Source: Octopus vulgaris (lineage: Eukaryota). Taken from it: a stretch of DNA of 64,000 nt. A model generated the notes under the pieces. It made no database searches, was not told where the DNA came from, and saw nothing but the letters and a program-made list of their open reading frames with translations. Within the stretch, counting starts at the first letter, position 1, and every line of letters begins with the position of its first letter. Shown here one piece after another: positions 47,361 to 64,000 of this stretch. The position numbers were made by a program, and so were the translations under genes. The stretch is from the NCBI GenBank assembly GCA_951406725.2, contig OX597835.1, positions 40,920,001 through 40,984,000 of the forward strand, given 5' to 3'.

Positions 47361-50300
47361 TATGTTATTTAATAACAGTTTGACTTGGTTCCATATAACT
47401 TAGGTTTCTAGGTTTGTGGAATGAACATCACTCATCAGACATCTGAAGATAGAGTGACAGGATGTGAGACAAATTCAAGATGGCTTCTAGATGTTAGGCC
47501 ATCAATGTGTCAACTCAGATCACATATTGTTATTGGTCCGGAAGTGATACTCCCTTTTCTCTTTTACTTGTTTCAGTCATATTTGATTGCGGCCATGCTG
47601 GAGCACCGCCTTTAATCGAGCAACTCGACCCCGGGACTTATTCTTTTGTAAGCCCAGTAAATATTTTCTTCTCCACCTCCTGAGTAAGTTTCACCATGTA
47701 GTTCTTTAGGGTCGCATTTGTCACACTTCCCAAGTTTGTCTACTTACAAGTCAGCGGGTCTTCAGTAAAGGAAAAGGGGTTTTAAACCAACACACACCCA
47801 CTCAATCCAACCATAAACATTTGAGGTCGAGCAACTGACCAAACAACTTCTTGGGCAAAGAAAACTCAATAAAGATGGTTGTCCAGTTGCTTGCGTAGTA
47901 GAATACTCTGGGTGATGGCTTTTTATATGATTCATAAGATTTGTCCATCCAGTTCCTTTTTTCTGCGTCAACTTTTTTCCACACTTGCATTTCCATACAT
48001 GTTCATTTTACTCTTTACTTGTTTCAGTCAGTTGACTGCGGCCATGCTGGAGCACCGCCTTTAGTCAAGCAACTCGACCCCGGGACTTATTCTTTGTAAG
48101 CCCAGTACTTATTCTATCGGTCTCTTTTGCCGAACCGCTAAGTGACAGGGACGTAAACACACCAGCATCAGTTGTCAAGCAATGCTAGGGGGACAAACAC
48201 AGACACACAAATACACACACACATACATACATCTATATATATATGTATACATATATACGACAGGCTTCTTTCAGTTTCCGTCTACCAAATCCACTCACAA
48301 GGCTTAGGTTGGCCCGGGGCTATAGCAGAAGACACTCTCCCAAGATGCCACGCAGTGGGACTGAACCCGGAACTATGTGGTTGGTAGGCAAGCTACTTAC
48401 CACACAGCCACTCACTGTCTGTTTGGTTAAAATATTTTCTTATGATTTGCTCGTTTTCACGCGGCATGGGTTAGTTTAAAATAGAAAATATTTCGCCACT
48501 CCACAGATGAAAGTCTGACTCAGTTAATAAATTAAAGCGGAATTCAAGATATTGGGTTGTCTGGAAAGTTCGTGCCGATTTATAGTAGCTCACCTTTCAA
48601 CTTATTTTTGAGGCAATGTTGTGATCTTGGTCACTTATGCATCATGGAAACTGGGTAACCAGTCTTATGAGTCTGGCCAGAAACATGTTGAACTACGTAA
48701 AGCATCAGAGGAAAAAAACCTTGCAATAAATACATTGAAAGCAAAAATTTTTTCCTGAGCTCTTAAAATATTGGGTTGTCTGGAAAGTTTGTGCTGATTT
48801 ATAGTAGCTTACCTTTCGACTTATTTTAGAACATGATTGAGTCCATAAAATAGGATTTGACTACACCTCCATTTAGAGCACAGTTTAAGCTATCTTTTCA
48901 TGGAAGAAGGTTTATGTTGCTATAACCTGTGTTAATTCTGTAACCCTTTAAAATGGAAGATAAGAAAGTTAATTTTTGGCACCTGATGCATTTCTTTTTT
49001 CCGTAAAGGGAAAAATGCCTCACAAGCAACCAAAGAAATATGCGCAGTTTACAGTGATGTTTCTTTATCCGAAAGAACAGTACGGAAGTGGTTCACAAGG
49101 TTCCGAGCTGGAGATTGCAGCCTTATTGATAAAGAGCGATCAGGCAGACCATCCACTACAGATGATGACCAAATAAAGTCATTGATAGAGAATAACCTAC
49201 ATTGCACAACCCAAGAATTGGCAGAAAGTCTCAACCTATCAAAATCCATCGTTCATGAGCACCTGGTAAAACTTGGGTAATGGCAAGTATTTATTGACCT
49301 TTTTCTTTCCTTTAAAAATTGGCACTAACTTTCCGGACAACCCAATACAACGGTGTTACAGATGAAGTTATGATTTAATGACTTACAGACAGAATGTATG
49401 AATCATTCTTGGCAGTCAGAAGCAAGAACCACTCTACAGTGATTATTTGATAACATACACAATAACCAAGTCCCAAACACCTCAGAATGTGTGAATCATT
49501 TTCGGAAGTCCTAACCAAGCATCAATGCTTGACAGCAGTTGTTTGACAACATACACAATAGCCAATTCCCAAGCATGACAGAATGTGCAAATCATTCTCA
49601 GTAGTCAGAACAAAGCGTCAACACAATATCTCAAATAACAGAAAGCTGTATTTGCCAATTGAACGTGAAATGAAATATGAGCCATTGGAACAACTTTCGC
49701 GGGCAATGTTGCAATTAACTGCAATTAGTTGATATGATAGTAATCAATTATTTAATTGGCTGTACGACTCTAATCAAATAATTGGACCAATATATTGCAA
49801 TTAATTTTTTATCAATTTATTTTTTTACAACCCTTGATATGTATATCAAAATGGAGCTAGCTACAGTTGCCCTTGAATTTATAGCATAAAAATAAAATCA
49901 TAATCATAAAATAAAGAGAGTGCAACCCGTGAAAGAAAGATTACACTTAGGTTAATGGGAAGGGCTGTGCACTCCTGGACATAAACACGCAGTGTGTGTG
50001 TGCACAGTCAATCCCACTCACTAAGCAACAGCAGCCATAATCCGAAAAGAACAAGTCAACATCATCGGTCACCACTGAGCCTCAGGTTTTATGTCGGAGT
50101 CATCCCAGTTACCTGAGTTACCTTCTCCTAGAAGGATGCCCTAACAAAGGCTAGGGGTCCTTCACTCCCAATGGTTTAACCGCGCGATCGGGTATTCAGT
50201 CCGATTATTTCTATGTCCCCGCGCATGATACAGCCTTAAGCTGGATAAGATTGATATAAGGAGGAAAAAAAAAGAAACATACGATATATATATATATATA

Positions 50301-52582
50301 TATATAAACATTGGGATCTTTTCGGTTTAAACGGCAGTTTTCTCTAGCGGTGTCATATGAAATTGTCACCCATAATTATTACCCTAGTATCGATCTATTG
50401 CATTTCAATCTATTTTAGGGTAAGGGTTAGGGGATCTTTTCGGTTTGAACGGCAGTTTTTTAAGATAATTTCCACGTTACTAAACACTTTTAAATTTCGT
50501 ATACTGGTAGAATGTGTTTATAAAACATCTTTTTCTCTTGGCTTTATGGAGAAAATTCTATAGTTTGTAAGATATTTGTTGTTGTTTTTTTTCAATTTCT
50601 GCAATTTTAATCAATCAATGACGTCTATTGGGGTGAAAAACATTCTGTGCCGTATGAATATGTCCTTCGTTTAAGAAACAGATCGGGTTTATTTACATTT
50701 CTGAAGAAAAAAAGATACCATTCCCCCCACCCCTAACCCTAACTAACCCTAAAACAGATTGAAATGCAATAGATCAATACTAGGGTCATAATTATGGGTG
50801 ACAATTTCATATGACGCCGCCAGGAAAAACTGCCTTTCAAACCGAAAAGATCCTATAAAAATATACAATATATAAAAATTAGTGAGAAAAAGGCAGATAT
50901 ACAGTAAATATATAATTACACATTTATTGGATGGCCGTTGACTCTCAAGAATTCTTCCGCCCTTTGACGGGCTTTGTTTTTCCTCCCGCAGGGTGTCCAA
51001 TAAACACCCTCCTTACTAAGCAAGCTTGGTGGGGTTGCCCGGTTTAGTCGCCAACGGCCCGACCATGCAACAGGTTGTACAGGGTTGCATGATTCCAGTA
51101 GCACTCAAAAGTGACTTGACATATATACATACATACATACGTACAGGAAACATTTTTTCACGCTGAGAGTTGCTGAAGCATGGACCAAACTGCCGGCATC
51201 AGTTGTTAGTTGTCGGAGCACTGCATCCTTCAAAACTTCCATGCTTCCTGAGATTCGCCAACACTACACCTGATTTTCTCCCCTCCATACACACACAAGC
51301 ATGTATCTGACTCATACATTGTTTGCTTCCCAGGCATTTGTACATTACTGCATGTACTCTGGCAAGTTGTGGTGCACCTGAGCCCTGTATACAATAATTT
51401 CATTATTATTATTATTATTATTATATTATACATACATACACACATACATACGTACGTACGTACATACAGGATCTTTTCTTAGGTTGTACAACAGGTTGTA
51501 CTGGGTTGCATGATACCAGAAGCACTCAAAAGTGACTTGACATATATACATACATACATACATACATACATACACACACACATACATACATACATACATA
51601 CGTACATACATACATCCATACACACATACATACGTACATACATACATACACACATACATACGTACATACATACATACATACATACACACACATACATACA
51701 CACACACGCATGCGCACAAACAAGAAGGAACGCAGTGTAAATAATGGACTGAGTGAAGACTATTGAAAAGGTTGCAAGATACAACGAAAATTTTAGGACA
51801 ATAAAAATAAGAAATAAGTGGAAATTTTACTGGTGAGTGTGTTAAATTATAAGGCACAAAAAGAAAATGACTCTCCCCGGACACAACAGAATAATAAAAA
51901 AAGTTAGAAGCATTTAAATGAATGTAATTTTAGCCAATCAAAAAGCCTCCTTGCCGATGTTGTCATGTTGTCATGGAGACCAGCTTACACAACGAAGTCG
52001 AAAACTTTCATTATCCTCTCTGCTAGAAGCACAAGGAACTAAAATTTGGGGAGGAAGGGGTTAGTCCATTATATCGACCTAGTGCTCAATTGGTACTTAA
52101 TTTATCGTTTTAAAAAGCTTTAATAATAAAATGTAAGAAGCGAAACAGGAAAAAAAATGAATGTAATATCTCTCTAAAATATTTTTATAAATGTTAAAGA
52201 TTTAAAAGAAAAATCAAAAGTTATGAAAGGGCGTTGGCTCAGTTGTAGTTATTTTAACTCAGCTCAGTGATTGCTGCAATAATTTCTGTAAATTACACAA
52301 TCTGTAAATGTAAACACCAATGACAACTTCCTGTCATATCTCTGGTGAGTGTATGGGGGGAGTCGTTAAAAGAACCAGTCAAGCGTTAAGTAATTACTTA
52401 GTAGTGGTAGTAGGGACAACAGCGCACGTTGAGAACATTTGCAGCTGTAACAAAAGGCAGCAGTAGGTCAAATGTCTGTTTCTATTTCTTTTATGGTCTG
52501 AATAATCGCTCACGATTTTCAATTACTGTTATAGATATACTGGGAATATAAACCTAGTTTTTGAGTGCAAGCAACAACAAAG

Positions 52583-61215
<8,633 letters not shown>

Positions 61216-61232
61216 GTTTTTATCATCATCAC

Positions 61233-61270
<38 letters not shown>

Positions 61271-61272
<2 letters not shown>

Positions 61273-62683
61273 TTTTTCTTTTTTCTTTCTTCAAATTTTC
61301 TTCTGTTTCTTGCCGAGTGTTTTCCGTACACCTAGGGCAGAGAAGCTCATTGTATGCATTCCCAGATTACACACGCAAATTCACAGATAAAATATGTATT
61401 TAAAAATTAATAAATAAATAAATCCATGAATGGATGTTGTTTTCACAGCGATAATGCTCTTCTCAGTACATGAGCCATTCCAGTTAACATGATTTTTTGC
61501 ACTTCCTGTCAATTAATAAACGTATTGTGATTGCAAGGAATCCTCATGTCAACTAATAAACATTATTATTATTATTATTCTGTGTTTGACTTTTGCTTTA
61601 CATTTGCACAAGCTGGCTCCAAGTCTCACCCAGAGACCTCAAGAGACAACAAATTGTTGGTGTTATGCTTAGGGTGCCATATAATTGGTTTTGTACTTAG
61701 TGTTGTATTAGTGAATGTCTAAAAAAAACCATACGAAAATTATGTTTGTTTTAAAACTTGAGATTACATAGAAAGTATTTTGCGTAGGATATGAGCAGTT
61801 CCCATGAGCACACTCTTTTGAATTTCTGCCATTTCTGGGTTTCCTGGTATCTGAGCTAGGTAGCAATCAGCCTCTTTTGCTATCATTCCCAGGGCACCTA
61901 TGACAACAAGTATTGTTTTAGTCTTCAGGTTCCACATTTTGCTGATTTCTATTTCAAGATCTTTATATTTGCTCAGTTTATGGTAGGTCTTGACAGATAC
62001 GTTTATATCGATTGGGACAGTCATATCAATGAGGAGGCATTCTTTGTCTGAAGTCTTTCAATAAGATGTCTGGCTTATTTGCATCTATCTTTCTTTCAGT
62101 TTGAATGGTGAAGTTCCAGAGGAGTGAGATGTGGTCATTTTCAAGCACTGGAGGTGGTTTGTGTTCCCACCAGTTTTTTTCATGGGGCAAATCCAGGTTT
62201 TTGCAAATTACCCAGTGAATATATTGTGCAGCTCTATCATGCCTGTTGAGATACTCTGTAGGCGCTAGAAGACTGCACTTGGAGACAACATGATCAATGG
62301 TTTCATTTTGTTGTTGACATACAACGACATGTTGGGCAACTGCCGTTCTTTAATATGTTGGCCTGGTAGTTCCTTGTAGGTAGGCATTGATCTTGAGCTG
62401 CTATGATAAACCCTTCTGTTTCAGATTTTAAGCCAGAGGCCATTAGCCATTGATGGGTCAGGGCTTTGTCAACATCTGCATTATTCGCTTTCTTTGGGTA
62501 TTTGCCATTGAGAGGTTTTTCTTGCCATTTATCATTCAGAATATCTAAGGCAGCAGTTTTAGCACGGGTTTTCATGCTCTTAGCTTTTTCTGTGCTTGTT
62601 TCTTGTATGTCTAATTCCGAAATTTGTTGTATTCGGAATTCACTTAGATATTCCTTTGCCTGTTTTGTTACTGAGTATGATGC

Positions 62684-62687
<4 letters not shown>
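61271..62687 (-). mobile_element. Duplicate of the R4/Dong element
   Basis: Collinear with 34041-35458. Confidence 0.82.
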
Positions 62688-62724
<37 letters not shown>

Positions 62725-63665
62725 CATTATTATCATTATTATTATTGTGTAACAACAATAAAACTTTTCCCCACACCCTACCTCATGTATGATTAGCTTT
62801 TGTGATATGAGTAAATTTAAACCTAGACATCCAGATCTGAAAAAAATGGGTTGATTAAGTTGTAGTGGCACAAGCAATCAGCGCCATATTGGATGAGATT
62901 TCACAGCAGCCATTGCGATCTCCAAGACTGGAGCAAGACCTCACCTGCATCCATTTACCATGCACGAGATCACAATGAGGCTCGCGATGGCAAACTAGAT
63001 ATAAGGGACCAACAGAAAGAGATTCATTCTCTTTTAGCCACAAGCGCTTGCTGAGCACACTTCACTGGCTAGGTCTCCAAGCTAGTCCTGTCTGCATGTT
63101 GTATCTCCAGAGGCAATGGGCTCACGTTAACGGAAATACAACTAAACGCACACAGCTCGAGATGGTTGCTGAGAGCAACACACTTCACCTGTTCTGTGAA
63201 ACTTGCAAATAAACCAGATGTAAATTGCATTTGTACTTAAAGACTTCTTTCCTCACCTGCTGGAGCCTGAACTACACAAAGAGCAATATTCACCCGATAT
63301 CGTAAACCTTGCCGCCCGTTATAAAGTAAAGTAATTGTTTTTGGTGTGATGGGTAAACAATATGCAGTGTGGGCAATATGTGGGGAATTCTACGTTTCGT
63401 AGGAATTTCAGGAAAATTTTCTCTTATTTCCATACTCTTTACTCTTACTCTTTTACTTGTTTCAGTCATTTGACTGCAGCCATGCTGGAGCACCGCCTTT
63501 TGTCGAGCAAATCGGCCCCAGGACTTATTCTTTGTAAGCCTAGTACTTATTCTATCGGTCTCTTTTGCCGAACTGCTAAGTTACAGGGACGTAAACACAC
63601 AAGCATCAGTTGTCAAGCGATGTTGGGGGGACAAACACAGACACACAAAACATATACACACACAT

Positions 63666-63702
<37 letters not shown>

Positions 63703-64000
63703 AATATATATATATACATATATACGACAGGCTTTTTTCAGTTTCCGTCTACCAAATCCACTCACAAGGCTTTGGTTGGCCCGAGGCTATAGTAGAAGAC
63801 ACTTGCCCAAGGTGCCACGCAATGGGACTGAACCCAGAACCATGTGGTTGGTAAGCAAGCTACTTACCACACAGCCACTCCTGCGCCATGGCAACATTGG
63901 CATAACATTTTTGTCCTGAAAGTGAAAATGACTTCTGCACATATTTCAAATTAAACATTTTAAACCAAATTCTTACCTCACTCATTGACTCAGAAATTCC

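Larger units (their letters stand above)
23548..47655 (+). repeat. Tandem segmental duplication unit 1 (~24.1 kb)
   Basis: Sequence from AGTAAATATTTTC at 23548 recurs at 47656 and stays collinear through the mariner, MITE and FUCA exons. Confidence 0.9.

Overview
Repeat-rich, AT-rich eukaryotic (animal) DNA. The SINE families and TTAGGG motifs suggest an octopus or other coleoid cephalopod (inference). Two host genes can be reconstructed by hand. (1) GINS4/SLD5 lies on the minus strand: 4 coding exons from 13212 down to 944, continuing off the left edge, with an E2F site in its promoter. (2) An alpha-L-fucosidase (GH29, FUCA) lies on the plus strand inside a ~24.1-kb tandem duplication. Copy 1 is complete (8 exons, 28188-40822, 477 aa); copy 2 has exons 1-4 (52583-61215) and runs off the right edge. 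Copy 2 carries D->G and W->G changes two and three residues after the catalytic nucleophile. The rest is transposon-derived: tRNA-SINEs, RTE/CR1/R4-Dong LINE fragments, Penelope GIY-YIG remnants, a nested hAT element, Tc1/mariner remnants, non-autonomous Helitrons and a TTAGGG-carrying Merlin-like MITE. The most striking unannotated signal is about a dozen minimal type I hammerhead-ribozyme motifs (CUGANGA...GAAA, mostly with a palindromic stem III). They come from several unrelated sequence families, mostly inside 70-200-bp fold-back elements inserted in (TA)n tracts, and several lie sense-oriented in host introns. Most ORFs in the supplied track are repeat artefacts. All coordinates were read by eye; repeat boundaries are approximate.
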